This document shows, one piece after another, positions 8,960-18,364 of a stretch of 64,000 nucleotides of DNA; within the stretch, counting starts at the first letter, position 1; each line of letters begins with the position of its first letter. Origin of the DNA: Armatimonadota bacterium (lineage in GTDB: Bacteria > Armatimonadota > HRBIN16). The notes beneath the pieces were generated by a model. That model was not told the origin of the DNA. It worked only from the letters and a program-made list of their open reading frames with translations, and searched no databases. The DNA is taken from contig OY781964.1 in NCBI GenBank assembly GCA_963677485.1, positions 1,280,001 to 1,344,000 on the forward strand, in the 5' to 3' direction. Made by a program: the position numbers and the translations under genes.

Positions 8960-11866
8960 ATGGAATTGATCAAACTGCTATCCTTATGTATTCTGTGCTT
9001 GGTTAGTCTATTAGCTAACAGCAGAACCGCACACGCCCAGGTTGAGAAGGGAAAGAACCTGCTGGCCAACCCAAGCTTTGATATGCTCAGCCCGATCGGC
9101 GACAGCTTCCCCCTGAGCTGGACGCATCAAGTGGTGGGTGATGAGGCCTCGGTCAGTGTAGACAAAGACGCGGTCGATGGCGGTCTTTCCGTGCGAATGA
9201 AGGCGGCTGGAAACAGCGTCGCGGTGGTCAACTCCGAAACCGTGCCCATCAGCAGCGGCACATTAAGCTTCAAATACAAGCTCATCGCCTCAGGCAATAA
9301 GGCACAGAACATGACGGTCTATGTGATCGCGATGAACGCGGAGAGCGTGGACATCGGGCGGGTCGGCACGCAAATGCCAGAGCAATGCATCGGCGATGGG
9401 CAGTGGCATGAGATGACACTCAACTTTTCCTTCAACGCCAGTCAGTGCGTGAAGGTGCTGGTGGCGCCGCGCATCAACGAGGCGGGTGAGCGCACCGTGG
9501 GTGAGTGGCTGCTGGACGACTTCAGCGTAATGGTGAAGAAACTCGGAGCCAAACCCATGATTGAAGCGCTGTATCAGCCCAAACCCGTGCTGTTGCTGGG
9601 TAAGAAGTCGCAGCTGGTGGTGCAGATCGCCAACCAGGGCGATGAGGAGATATTGGGCTCCAGACTACTATTAAATCTGCCGGAGGGCCTGACGCTGTCC
9701 GGTGATTTCCAGAAGCTCACCCCCACCCAATACGCGGTAGATGTGCTCAAGCTGGCCCCTGCGGATTCCATCCGATACGAGCTAGAACTGCTGGCCAACA
9801 AGTTGGGTGAATATGACCTCAACCTGGAGTGGCAGACGCCATCCGGCAGTGTCACCCGGAGCCGCCACACGGTGTGTGTCAGCAAGCTCAACGAGCGGGA
9901 GCTGTATACCGGCTCTGACGGTTACTGGCGCGCCATGCCCCCAATCACGACACTTCAGCAGGGCAACAGCTCGTCCTTGAGTCAGGTGAAGCGCAAGAAG
10001 TCGGTTGACCTTCCCGACAGCTATTTCGGCATGACCGCCCACCTGCCGCGGTCCGTTGACTTTGAGAGGGTATTTGAGTCTGGCTTCCTTATTGATGGCG
10101 ACCAGGACACCAACTGGGCGGGCAGAGCTCATGCGACCCAGGTGCCCGGCTCGGTGGAGTGGGTGGAAATCAAGCTACCCAAACCTCAGCCCATCGCCGC
10201 CATCCACATCGTGCCCTACTGGCACGGCGAGGGTTTCCCGCTGGATTTTGTGATCAAACTGCGCTCCGGCGGCAAGTGGGTAGATGTATACCAGGGCAAG
10301 AACGCCACCATACCGGCATCTGATGGCACACCCGGCCAGAAGAAGCCTTATGTGATCCAGCTCGCGAAGCTCTATCAGGCCGATGCTGTCCGGTTGGAGG
10401 TGACACGTTTCGGCATGGTCTCTGGGTTCTTCTGTGACCTGGGTGCCTCCAACGGATTGAGGCTTTCGGGCATCGAAGCGATAGACCCAAGCGGGCAAAA
10501 CCTGGCGCTCAGCAGCAAAGGTGCTACGGTGACCGCATCCACCACCCACAAGGCGTATTTCAATACCGCCAAGACGGTGCGAGAGACCTACCCACAAATG
10601 TATGAGCTGGGCATGAAGTGGAACCGCGTGGGCCAATGGGGCGACTACACCGCCTGGGCGATGGTGGAGCAGCAAAAGGGCGTGTATAAAATCGACCCCG
10701 AGACCGATCAGGCGGTCACTGACAGCATCAAGAACGGCGTGAACATCCTCTACACGCTCGACTACGGCAATCCGTTGTATGAAAAGACCCGCTGGCTGTC
10801 GGACCAAGGTCCGGTGTGGCGGCACGGTCACCCCTTCACCGGCGACGGCGGCCCCACGAAGGCGGAGAGCATCCAGGGCTTCGTGAACTACGCGAAGTTC
10901 GTGGCTACGCACTTCAAGGGACGAATCACACACTACGAGATATGGAACGAGGAGAACAGTTGGGCATGGTATGGCGAACCGCCGTCGCCTGAGCACTTCG
11001 GCACCCTCATCCGAGAGACATCGAAGGCTTTGAAGCAGATCGATCCGAACATCAAGATCATGGTTGGCGGAACCGCAGCCTATTCGCCGCAGTTCACCTC
11101 AGATACCATAGATGTGGCTGGGCGCGAAAACATCGATGCGGTGGGCTTCCATCCATACGGTGCGCCGTATGCGGAGAAGGCCATGGCTTCGCTGGATGTG
11201 GTCAACGGCGTGCAGCAGGGCAAGCCGCCGTCGGAATACGGTTGCGACAGTATCGAGCAGCTTCTGGCCTTCTTCCGCACGAAGTATGGCAAGGGCAACC
11301 CTGATCTTAAGATTTGGCAAAACGAGTGGAACGCATGCCCATTCAGGGAGGACGACGTCTACCCCACCAACATGAGCGAGGTGATGGAGGCGAAGCAGAT
11401 CGCCCGCTACTACATCAGCGGGTTGATGAACGACATGCCCTCGGTGTGGTGGTCGCTCTACAACGAAAACTATATCTCCGACTGGGGTATTCTGCGGGAA
11501 GCCGATCAGAGCCGGAAGCCCGCCTTCTTCACCACTCAGGTGATCACCACCTATCTGAGCGGCGCCAAGCCGGATCCAAGCATTGTGGTGACCGCCAGTC
11601 CCATGCTGCCCGAGCTACGCTGCAATCCGGTGAGGGGGTATCAAGGGGAGCTCATGCTGATTGTATGGCAGGCCACCAGTCCCAACAATGAGTTTGAAGG
11701 CAAACCCATCACGCTGCGGGTGAAGCTCAGCGGAGTGAAGTCGGTGGAGGGCATCAGCACCCTTCGCGCAATGGTGCAGAAGCTGAACTTCCGTCAGGAT
11801 GGCGAGGAGCTGGTGATTGAGGGTCTTCTGGCCAGCGATGCACCGGTGATTGTGCGCATTCGGTAG
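8960..11866 (+). CDS. Secreted multidomain glycoside hydrolase (CBM-like + Ig-like + F5/8C + GH39/GH5-like GH-A barrel)
   Basis: Signal peptide ending AHA-Q; 'KNLLANPSFD'; 'YEIWNEEN' (acid/base), 'DAVGFHPY', 'IWQNEWN' (nucleophile), 'RKPAF'. Confidence 0.72.
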   Translation: MELIKLLSLCILCLVSLLANSRTAHAQVEKGKNLLANPSFDMLSPIGDSFPLSWTHQVVGDEASVSVDKDAVDGGLSVRMKAAGNSVAVVNSETVPISSGTLSFKYKLIASGNKAQNMTVYVIAMNAESVDIGRVGTQMPEQCIGDGQWHEMTLNFSFNASQCVKVLVAPRINEAGERTVGEWLLDDFSVMVKKLGAKPMIEALYQPKPVLLLGKKSQLVVQIANQGDEEILGSRLLLNLPEGLTLSGDFQKLTPTQYAVDVLKLAPADSIRYELELLANKLGEYDLNLEWQTPSGSVTRSRHTVCVSKLNERELYTGSDGYWRAMPPITTLQQGNSSSLSQVKRKKSVDLPDSYFGMTAHLPRSVDFERVFESGFLIDGDQDTNWAGRAHATQVPGSVEWVEIKLPKPQPIAAIHIVPYWHGEGFPLDFVIKLRSGGKWVDVYQGKNATIPASDGTPGQKKPYVIQLAKLYQADAVRLEVTRFGMVSGFFCDLGASNGLRLSGIEAIDPSGQNLALSSKGATVTASTTHKAYFNTAKTVRETYPQMYELGMKWNRVGQWGDYTAWAMVEQQKGVYKIDPETDQAVTDSIKNGVNILYTLDYGNPLYEKTRWLSDQGPVWRHGHPFTGDGGPTKAESIQGFVNYAKFVATHFKGRITHYEIWNEENSWAWYGEPPSPEHFGTLIRETSKALKQIDPNIKIMVGGTAAYSPQFTSDTIDVAGRENIDAVGFHPYGAPYAEKAMASLDVVNGVQQGKPPSEYGCDSIEQLLAFFRTKYGKGNPDLKIWQNEWNACPFREDDVYPTNMSEVMEAKQIARYYISGLMNDMPSVWWSLYNENYISDWGILREADQSRKPAFFTTQVITTYLSGAKPDPSIVVTASPMLPELRCNPVRGYQGELMLIVWQATSPNNEFEGKPITLRVKLSGVKSVEGISTLRAMVQKLNFRQDGEELVIEGLLASDAPVIVRIR

Positions 11867-11922
11867 TGATGATGCGTTGGGCAGGTGTTTTTTGCCTGCC
11901 CAGCCTGTACGTACCTTGTTGG

Positions 11923-12321
11923 CTATGTCCGGGGCGGTCTGTCAGTACGCCAGCGGAGGCCACTGTTTATTGACCAGTCTATTACCCACAAATATTGCAT
12001 GGCCAGTAGGTCACCGATTCCGCGACATAAATGTCTCGGCTATTGAACACCAAGACTGCTGAAGCAGTCTTCATTAACGTTATCTTTGTCGGCAAGGAGC
12101 TCCGCAGCCCGGTTTAGCGGGCTTATTGATCAATAGCCGAGACATTTATGTCGCGGAACATGGTCGATACGATCCCAATCTGGATTTGTGGGTGATTGGC
12201 TGGTCTATAGACCGCGCCGGTGCTTGTTCCTGACACATATCTTTCAAGGCTGTCCGCCAGACCGGCGCGGTCTCGAGCCTTCTGCAGCCGCTAACCTACG
12301 CACAGACCGCCCCGGACATAG
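11923..12321. repeat. REP-like 20-bp perfect inverted-repeat pair enclosing a MITE-like element
   Basis: CTATGTCCGGGGCGGTCTGT (11923-11942) / ACAGACCGCCCCGGACATAG (12302-12321); an extra 13-bp IR at 12209-12221 / 12261-12273. Confidence 0.7.
11972..12205. mobile_element. Putative MITE (234 bp, ~80-bp imperfect terminal inverted repeats, no ORF)
   Basis: Ends GACCAG..ACCCACAAAT / ATTTGTGGGT..CTGGTC; 29-bp perfect IR at 12018-12046 / 12130-12158. Confidence 0.6.
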
Positions 12322-12366
12322 GCAATTAGGTGCATTTTGCCTTGCCAAATTATAGACTTAAAAAGG

Positions 12367-13098
12367 CTATTTGGCCTTCTTCGGTTTGCTGATAGTCGGA
12401 ACAACCTTCTTGGCGGGTAGAGCGATCCATGGGCGTCGGCCGGCACCATAAGCGGTGGTGAATAACACTCTGGGGTTGCCGCCATCGGCATCCATGATCC
12501 ATGTCTGAGCGGTACCCCAGTTGGGATTAGGCATGCGGTTGGATTCAAACACGATACTCTTACCGTCGGGTGACCAGTTAGGATTATCGCTGTTGATGTT
12601 CTCCTGCAACTCGTGCGTCAACTGCTTCCGGTTGGTACCGTCGGCATTCATGACCCATATTTCGCCGCTGCCGCTTAGACTCGACAGGAAAACAATCTTG
12701 CTGCCGTCATAAGACCATGAGGCGAGGGTGTTGACATCGGTGCCCTGAGTGAGATACCGCTTGCCAGACCCATCTGGGTTGATCACATATATGGTTTGGG
12801 TATTCCCGCCGTATCCGGCCGAATCGCTCGCTACGATAATGCCCTTGAGTGACGAGGCAGCGGAGTACTGCTTCTTATTAGTGGATATTGCGGAGCGAGT
12901 CGGAGACTCACTGGTAAGGGTGACGGTCTTTGGCTTGTGACTCAACAAAACACCCCCAGCCGCTTTTGAGAATCTAGCTGAGGGCATTATGGAAACTATA
13001 TCGTTCGTTGCCGCGCAACAGGGAATGGCTAAGCCTACTGCTATGCAAAGCTGGGCACCTCGTATCAATGATATGAGACCCGCCCTGCGCCTGGGCAT
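12367..13098 (-). CDS. TolB-like / PD40 beta-propeller repeat protein
   Basis: Repeats 'IYVINPDGSGKRYLT', 'SWSYDGSKIVF', 'IWVMNADGTNRKQLT', 'PNWSPDGKSIVF'; likely start 13098 with a signal-like N-terminus. Confidence 0.75.
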   Translation of the reverse strand: MPRRRAGLISLIRGAQLCIAVGLAIPCCAATNDIVSIMPSARFSKAAGGVLLSHKPKTVTLTSESPTRSAISTNKKQYSAASSLKGIIVASDSAGYGGNTQTIYVINPDGSGKRYLTQGTDVNTLASWSYDGSKIVFLSSLSGSGEIWVMNADGTNRKQLTHELQENINSDNPNWSPDGKSIVFESNRMPNPNWGTAQTWIMDADGGNPRVLFTTAYGAGRRPWIALPAKKVVPTISKPKKAK

Positions 13099-13102
13099 AT
13101 CG

Positions 13103-13396
13103 CTATTTTCCGGGTGTAGGTGGCATCGCAGCCGAACCACCCATGGGCAACATCGGCCCGCCGGCTGCAGGAGCTGTTGTCCCACCAGGCGCAGACATGC
13201 CGCCAGGAGCAGACATCCCACCCACGGCAGGGGCACCTGCGGTCGGACTGCTGGTGGCTTCTGTGGTGGTTGCGGCGGGCGTTGCCACAGCCTCTAGTCG
13301 CTTGTTACCCCAGACTATGAAGACAGCAATCATCACGATGCCTAGCACCACTGAAATGATGTTCACGAGGTCAAATGGGTTAGATTTTTTCTGCAT
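13103..13396 (-). CDS. Small single-TM protein with low-complexity A/P/G/M tail
   Basis: GGAGAG RBS, hydrophobic helix, repeated GGMSAP; stop lies 4 nt before the PD40 gene. Confidence 0.6.
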   Translation of the reverse strand: MQKKSNPFDLVNIISVVLGIVMIAVFIVWGNKRLEAVATPAATTTEATSSPTAGAPAVGGMSAPGGMSAPGGTTAPAAGGPMLPMGGSAAMPPTPGK

Positions 13397-13953
13397 GGGA
13401 ACTCTCCGGTCTTACGTCATTTCGTGTGGCTAAATCTCCACACTCCTAACGCTATTATAAAACAATCCAGGTTAGTTTACACTGAATAACTAAGGATGCG
13501 TCACTATTAATTCGCAATTTGCCGATTATAGCTGAAGATACCTGTCTCGGGGCATATATAAAAATCCAGCATAGACCAATAATATGACGTCAGATAATGC
13601 AGAATGTTTCATAAATATGAGCTCATAAAGACAGAGCTTTGTGGATATCGGCACGTTATCATCCGAGTTTGTTACCACATGGTTTTGCTCAGTAACAGTC
13701 TGACAAGCGGATACTCGCCCAGCCTGTTCGTTGTGACCATTTTCGCCTAACGGTATATTAAGGTGGCATATATAGGGATATATAGCAATATATGCACTAT
13801 TACACCACTGACACCCAACACTCCCCGTCACTAGAATCACATGATGTTACGATGCACGTGGATTTTAGACCACTGTTACTAATTATAATAACAGAGGTAA
13901 GGGCTTGAATTACCAGTTTTTGCTTGAATTTCACTCAGATACACCATTGTATC

Positions 13954-13983
13954 TTGACCTGATGAACATAATAATACTATAAT
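13954..13983 (+). promoter_or_regulatory. Putative sigma70 promoter of prepilin copy 2
   Basis: TTGACC, 18 bp, TATAAT. Confidence 0.55.
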
Positions 13984-14051
13984 TGTACGTGTGGGCATGT
14001 TAAGTGCCAGATACACATCTCATCTACTCTCTACCATCATTGGAGAATCGA

Positions 14052-14840
14052 ATGAAGCGTAACGGATTCACCCTTATCGAGCTGCTCGTAGTCATCGCGA
14101 TCATCGCGATCCTGGCAGCCATCCTTTTCCCAGTTTTTGCACAAGCCCGTGAAAAGGCAAAACAGAGCGCCTGCTTGAGTAACATGAAGCAGATGGGTCT
14201 GGCTATGCGGCTCTATTGTGACGACAACGACGGCGGCTTCGCGGCTGTATACGACGATGAGTCTGATACCAACCAGGACGGTCGCTTGGACCGCCAGGTG
14301 TGGTCGGACAAAATCTTCCCTTACACCAAGTCCCGCAACATTTTCGCTTGCCCGTCAATGCGCAACCTCGTGAATGATGCTACAACCATCAATTCATACG
14401 TTGCTGGCGGTATGACTCTGAAATCATTAGGTATGACTACCTACAACATGAACATGTGCCACAACTGGCACTTCCCAGAGGGCACTAACACTGTTGCAGG
14501 CGCACCGGATTATATCTATCCTGTGACCGAGAACCAGTCCGCTAACCCCACCATGACCATCGCCATTATGGAAGGTAACACGACCATTGGCTGGTTCTGG
14601 CAGCACTGGAATGCAGCGCACAACGGCTGGGCAGCCACCCGTAAAGACGGTGACAAACTGATCCTTCACGGTGTTCTTGGTGAAGAGACAACTCAGCGCC
14701 ACACTGACGGCATCAACATTGCCTTCATTGACGGTCACGCTGGCTTCAAGAAGATGGTCGCTTTGACCTGCAACTTCGAGATGTGGAACTTCCGTGAGAA
14801 ACCCGACGTCTGGACATTCCCAGCTCCTTGCGTCAACTAG
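14052..14840 (+). CDS. Prepilin-type DUF1559 / H-X9-DG protein (copy 2, close paralog of 7851-8648)
   Basis: Same N-terminal and H-X9-DG motifs; ATG 14052 follows GGAG. Confidence 0.9.
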   Translation: MKRNGFTLIELLVVIAIIAILAAILFPVFAQAREKAKQSACLSNMKQMGLAMRLYCDDNDGGFAAVYDDESDTNQDGRLDRQVWSDKIFPYTKSRNIFACPSMRNLVNDATTINSYVAGGMTLKSLGMTTYNMNMCHNWHFPEGTNTVAGAPDYIYPVTENQSANPTMTIAIMEGNTTIGWFWQHWNAAHNGWAATRKDGDKLILHGVLGEETTQRHTDGINIAFIDGHAGFKKMVALTCNFEMWNFREKPDVWTFPAPCVN

Positions 14841-14856
14841 TTTAATCTAGTTCATT

Positions 14857-14892
14857 AAGGCCGGCCACCCATTAGGGTGACCGGCCTTTTTT
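14857..14892 (+). terminator. Rho-independent terminator
   Basis: AAGGCCGG..CACCC/GGGTG..CCGGCCTT followed by T-tract. Confidence 0.75.
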
Positions 14893-15048
14893 GTGTGTGC
14901 AGCCATATTTCCGAATAACCACGTCATCCACACGGCTTCGGTAGCACATACCGCCTTTTCACACGTAAATCAGTCACCAGCGCACCCATATCTGCAGTAC
15001 AATATCGCTTAGAGAACCACAAATTCCCAACACTCCGAGGAAAAGACT

Positions 15049-16539
15049 ATGCTTAATGCCCCTGATGTAAAGCTTGCGCTGGTCGGCGTCAGCCGCGACT
15101 GTTTCCCCATCGAACTCACCCGAACACGGCTAGGCAAGCTGGCCGAGGCCTGCAAAAAGATCGGTCTGGATGTTTACGTGGCCGAAACCGTGATCGAAAA
15201 TGAGGTTGATTCGAACGCTGCGCTGGACGAGGTGCTCGCGAATGGCGCCAACGCCGCCGTGGTCTACCTGGGCAACTTCGGCCCCGAAGGCCCGCTCAGC
15301 ATCTTCGCGGAGCAGTTCCCCGGCCCGGTGATGGCCTGCGCGGCCGCGGAAGAGTCCGGCAATAACTTGATACAGGGCCGCGGCGATGCTTATTGCGGCA
15401 TGTTGAATGCTAGCTATAACTTCAGCCTGCGGCAGGTCAACGTGCATATCCCCCAAATGCCCGTTGGCTTGGTGGATGAACTGGCTGAGAAGATCGCCCA
15501 TTTCGAGACGGTCGCCCGCATCGTGATCGGTGTGTGGAACCTGAAGATATTCGGATTTGGCCCACGGCCGCAGGACTTCTTTGCCTGCAATGCGCCGATC
15601 AAGCCGTTCTACGACCTGGGCGTTGAGGTGATGGAGAACAGCGAGCTCGACATGTTCGAGCAGTTCAACAAAACATCAGGCGAGGACGCTGAAGTGAAGG
15701 CCGTTCTAGCCGATATGACAAAGGAGTTGAACAACTGCTGCGGAAACAACCATCCGGGGATACTTCCCAAGCTGGCCCGTTTTGAAGTGGCACTACTCCG
15801 ATTCGCAGAGAAGAACATCGGCAGTCGTGACTTCGCCGTCTTCGCCAACAAGTGCTGGCCCGCGTTTGAAACCAGCTTCGGATTCGTGCCCTGCTTTGTC
15901 AACAGCCGCCTGAGCAGCCGCGGCATCCCGGTGGCATGCGAAGTAGACCTGTATGGCGCGCTCAGCGAGTATATGTGCTATCTGGCAAGCTGCCAGCCTG
16001 CCACCTTGCTGGATATCAACAACACTGTGCCCCGCGACATGCTGAAAGGTGCTGACCTGAAGGGTGCCGCAGTTGACGACCTCTTTATGGGATTCCACTG
16101 CGGAAACACCCCCAGTTGCTGCATGAAGAACTGCAGCATGAAGCACCAGTTGATCATGAACCGCCTGCTGGAAGACCCCACCAAGGAGCCAGACATCACC
16201 CGAGGCACACTCGAAGGCCAACTGAAGCCCGGTGACACCACCTTCTTCCGTCTGCAGGGTAATGCAGCCGGCAAGCTGGTGAGTTACGTGTGCGAGGGCA
16301 GCATCCTGGATATCGATCCGCGCAGCTTCGGCTGTATCGGCGTGTTCGCCATCCCCAACTTCGGCCGCTTCTACCGCCATGTGCTCATCGGCAAGCAGTT
16401 CCCGCACCATGGCGCCGTGGCCTTCAGCAAGGTCGGCAAGGCGCTGTATGATGCGGCCTTGATGCTGGGTGTGGAGGATATGAACGTGCCGCTACCCGCC
16501 AGCATGTGGTATCCCACCGAGAACCCGTTCGAGCTTTAG
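15049..16539 (+). CDS. L-fucose/L-arabinose isomerase family protein
   Basis: 'GNFGPE', 'RGDAYCG', 'KCWP', 'ACEVD', 'FHCGN', 'FPHHGA' motifs. Confidence 0.8.
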   Translation: MLNAPDVKLALVGVSRDCFPIELTRTRLGKLAEACKKIGLDVYVAETVIENEVDSNAALDEVLANGANAAVVYLGNFGPEGPLSIFAEQFPGPVMACAAAEESGNNLIQGRGDAYCGMLNASYNFSLRQVNVHIPQMPVGLVDELAEKIAHFETVARIVIGVWNLKIFGFGPRPQDFFACNAPIKPFYDLGVEVMENSELDMFEQFNKTSGEDAEVKAVLADMTKELNNCCGNNHPGILPKLARFEVALLRFAEKNIGSRDFAVFANKCWPAFETSFGFVPCFVNSRLSSRGIPVACEVDLYGALSEYMCYLASCQPATLLDINNTVPRDMLKGADLKGAAVDDLFMGFHCGNTPSCCMKNCSMKHQLIMNRLLEDPTKEPDITRGTLEGQLKPGDTTFFRLQGNAAGKLVSYVCEGSILDIDPRSFGCIGVFAIPNFGRFYRHVLIGKQFPHHGAVAFSKVGKALYDAALMLGVEDMNVPLPASMWYPTENPFEL

Positions 16540-16574
16540 AGCGGCGTTGGTGGGACGGGACGGGACCGGTTGAC

Positions 16575-16595
16575 GGGCGCGGAGACCGCGCCCCT
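16575..16595 (-). repeat. GTAG-family REP interrupted by IS110 (left part)
   Basis: GGGCGCGGAGACCGCGCCCCT; adding the AC found after the IS right end restores the exact reverse complement of 18396-18418. Confidence 0.85.
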
Positions 16596-16607
16596 TGTAT
16601 GCTTATA

Positions 16608-16812
16608 GATGGAGGTCCTCAGACCTTAACCCAAGACTTGAGGACCATCCTCACACCGGGACGCTGGGGTGAAAGAGAAGGGGTAGATGCCGTCGCGCCC
16701 CTTGTAGCTTTGACTACGCGACGTAGAATGGCACCCTTCTCTGCAATGACCTAACACGAACAGTATCATGGGCTAAAGCCCGCATTTACAAGGATGTCAA
16801 GGTTGATTGCTT
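16608..16812 (+). ncRNA. IS110 bridge RNA (5' hairpins, target-binding loop, donor-binding loop)
   Basis: CGCGCCCCT 16694-16702 and CGTAG 16722-16726 match the target; ACAGTATC 16760-16767 and TACAAG 16787-16792 match the donor junction; each pair lies in an internal loop closed by stems. RNA ends are approximate. Confidence 0.85.
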
Positions 16813-16845
16813 CACCTGTGTCCCTAACTAGGAGCATACCGGACT

Positions 16846-18009
16846 ATGCAAATCAATGGCAACTCGTACAGCTACTACGCTGGGATCGACATATCTAAAG
16901 ACACTTTCGACGTGTCGGTCGTTGATCAAGACGGCACCCATCTGATCCACAAGCAGTTTGTGAACAACCAGAAAGGCTTCAAAGAGCTGGTGTCACTCAC
17001 CAGGAAGCAAGGCTGGATGCCTGTGCTATTCGCAATGGAAGGCACTGGCGGATGTGAGCAAAAGCTGCTTGACTACCTGTATAAGCATAAGCAGGCAGTC
17101 TCACGGCAAGAACCCTGTCGAATACACTATCATCGCCTCTCACAAGGATCTCGGCAAAAGACAGACTATGTAGACAGCCTGATCATTGCTGACTACGCAC
17201 TAAAGAACCGCCTGCGGCTCTACATTCCTAAAGGCGAAAGCTATCGGGCGCTGCAGGAGATCGGTCGCACACGGCGCATGCTGGTCAGACACCGGAACTC
17301 CCTGCAGCAGAGGCACTCTCACGCGCAGAACCTGCATGCCAAAGCGGTTCTTCAACGCAGCATAGATCACTGCACAGAGGATATCGATCTTTTGAACTCC
17401 GCGGCTGCTGAGATTATCGCCAGCAATGACAGGCTAGCGGAAGATTATCGCCTCCTGAACAGTATTCCGGGTGTAGGTGATATCACATCCAACTACTTTC
17501 TAGGGCTCATCGGTGATATATCTTGCTTTGCGACGTCTGCGAAGATAATCCGATTTGTGGGTATGAACCCATGCCCGCACCAGTCAGGAACCAGCATCGA
17601 TTCCGAAAGCAGCATATCCAAAATGGGCGATCCCTACATGCGCTCCTTGTTATACACCAGTGCCATGGCTGTATTACATATGGTGGATCACAATTCGAAA
17701 GCACTCCATCGCATGTATCGGTTCGTGGCCAAAATGCGGGAGAGATTCGGCCCGAGTTCTAGCAGGAAGGTCGTATGCGCGGTGATGCGCAAGCTGCTGA
17801 TCTTGATGTGGGCTGTGTTGACCAGGCGTAAGGTTTACGATCCGTGCTACGGACTAGAGCCGCAGGATGCTCCGGCCAACCAGACACCGCAATCCGACGA
17901 CACTGGCCTTGTCCAGTCTCGTGCCGAAGCGGCCTCAGATTTTGCCGGCGAAGGCAATGATGCTGGGCAGGACAGTGGCGTTCCAGGATTGGGATGTCTG
18001 GATGGATAG
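16846..18009 (+). CDS. IS110-family DEDD transposase / bridge recombinase
   Basis: 'GIDISK', 'AMEGTG', 'KTDYVD' (DEDD), 'SIPGVG', 'HQSG' (catalytic Ser), 'ISKMG...RSLLY', 'AVMRKL'; AGGAG RBS. Confidence 0.95.
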   Translation: MQINGNSYSYYAGIDISKDTFDVSVVDQDGTHLIHKQFVNNQKGFKELVSLTRKQGWMPVLFAMEGTGGCEQKLLDYLYKHKQAVSRQEPCRIHYHRLSQGSRQKTDYVDSLIIADYALKNRLRLYIPKGESYRALQEIGRTRRMLVRHRNSLQQRHSHAQNLHAKAVLQRSIDHCTEDIDLLNSAAAEIIASNDRLAEDYRLLNSIPGVGDITSNYFLGLIGDISCFATSAKIIRFVGMNPCPHQSGTSIDSESSISKMGDPYMRSLLYTSAMAVLHMVDHNSKALHRMYRFVAKMRERFGPSSSRKVVCAVMRKLLILMWAVLTRRKVYDPCYGLEPQDAPANQTPQSDDTGLVQSRAEAASDFAGEGNDAGQDSGVPGLGCLDG

Positions 18010-18364
18010 CCACCGTGTGGTTCATCCTTGGCCCCAAGTGGTTGAGCAGCATTCCAGAGCCGGCGAGTCAGCGGTAGAAAGATATGATCACCACTAGCTA
18101 GCTGCTCTTGATCTAGCCGCTAAAATGAACATCATTAGAACGTTATCTTTAAAGCCTCAAAGATGCGGGGTGGGCGTTCATCACTACGGATGACGGGCAA
18201 CCCTTTGCATAACGGTGCATCTTCGCGTGGGACCGGCTTGTGCCATGAGCTTGGGTATACCTAAGGTCTATTTGCCACATTGCATAATATAAACGTTGTC
18301 CGCAGAACGTTATGGGCATAAATCTGGTATTTCGGACAAATACCAGATTTCACCCTCGGAGGCC

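Noticed and set aside
7851-14840. Prepilin paralogs as a DGR template/variable pair
   Set aside because: Both are complete genes, differences include indels and are not adenine-specific, and there is no reverse transcriptase in the window
17759-18097. Small ORFs at the IS110 3' end as cargo or accessory genes
   Set aside because: Overlap the transposase, with no RBS or motif support
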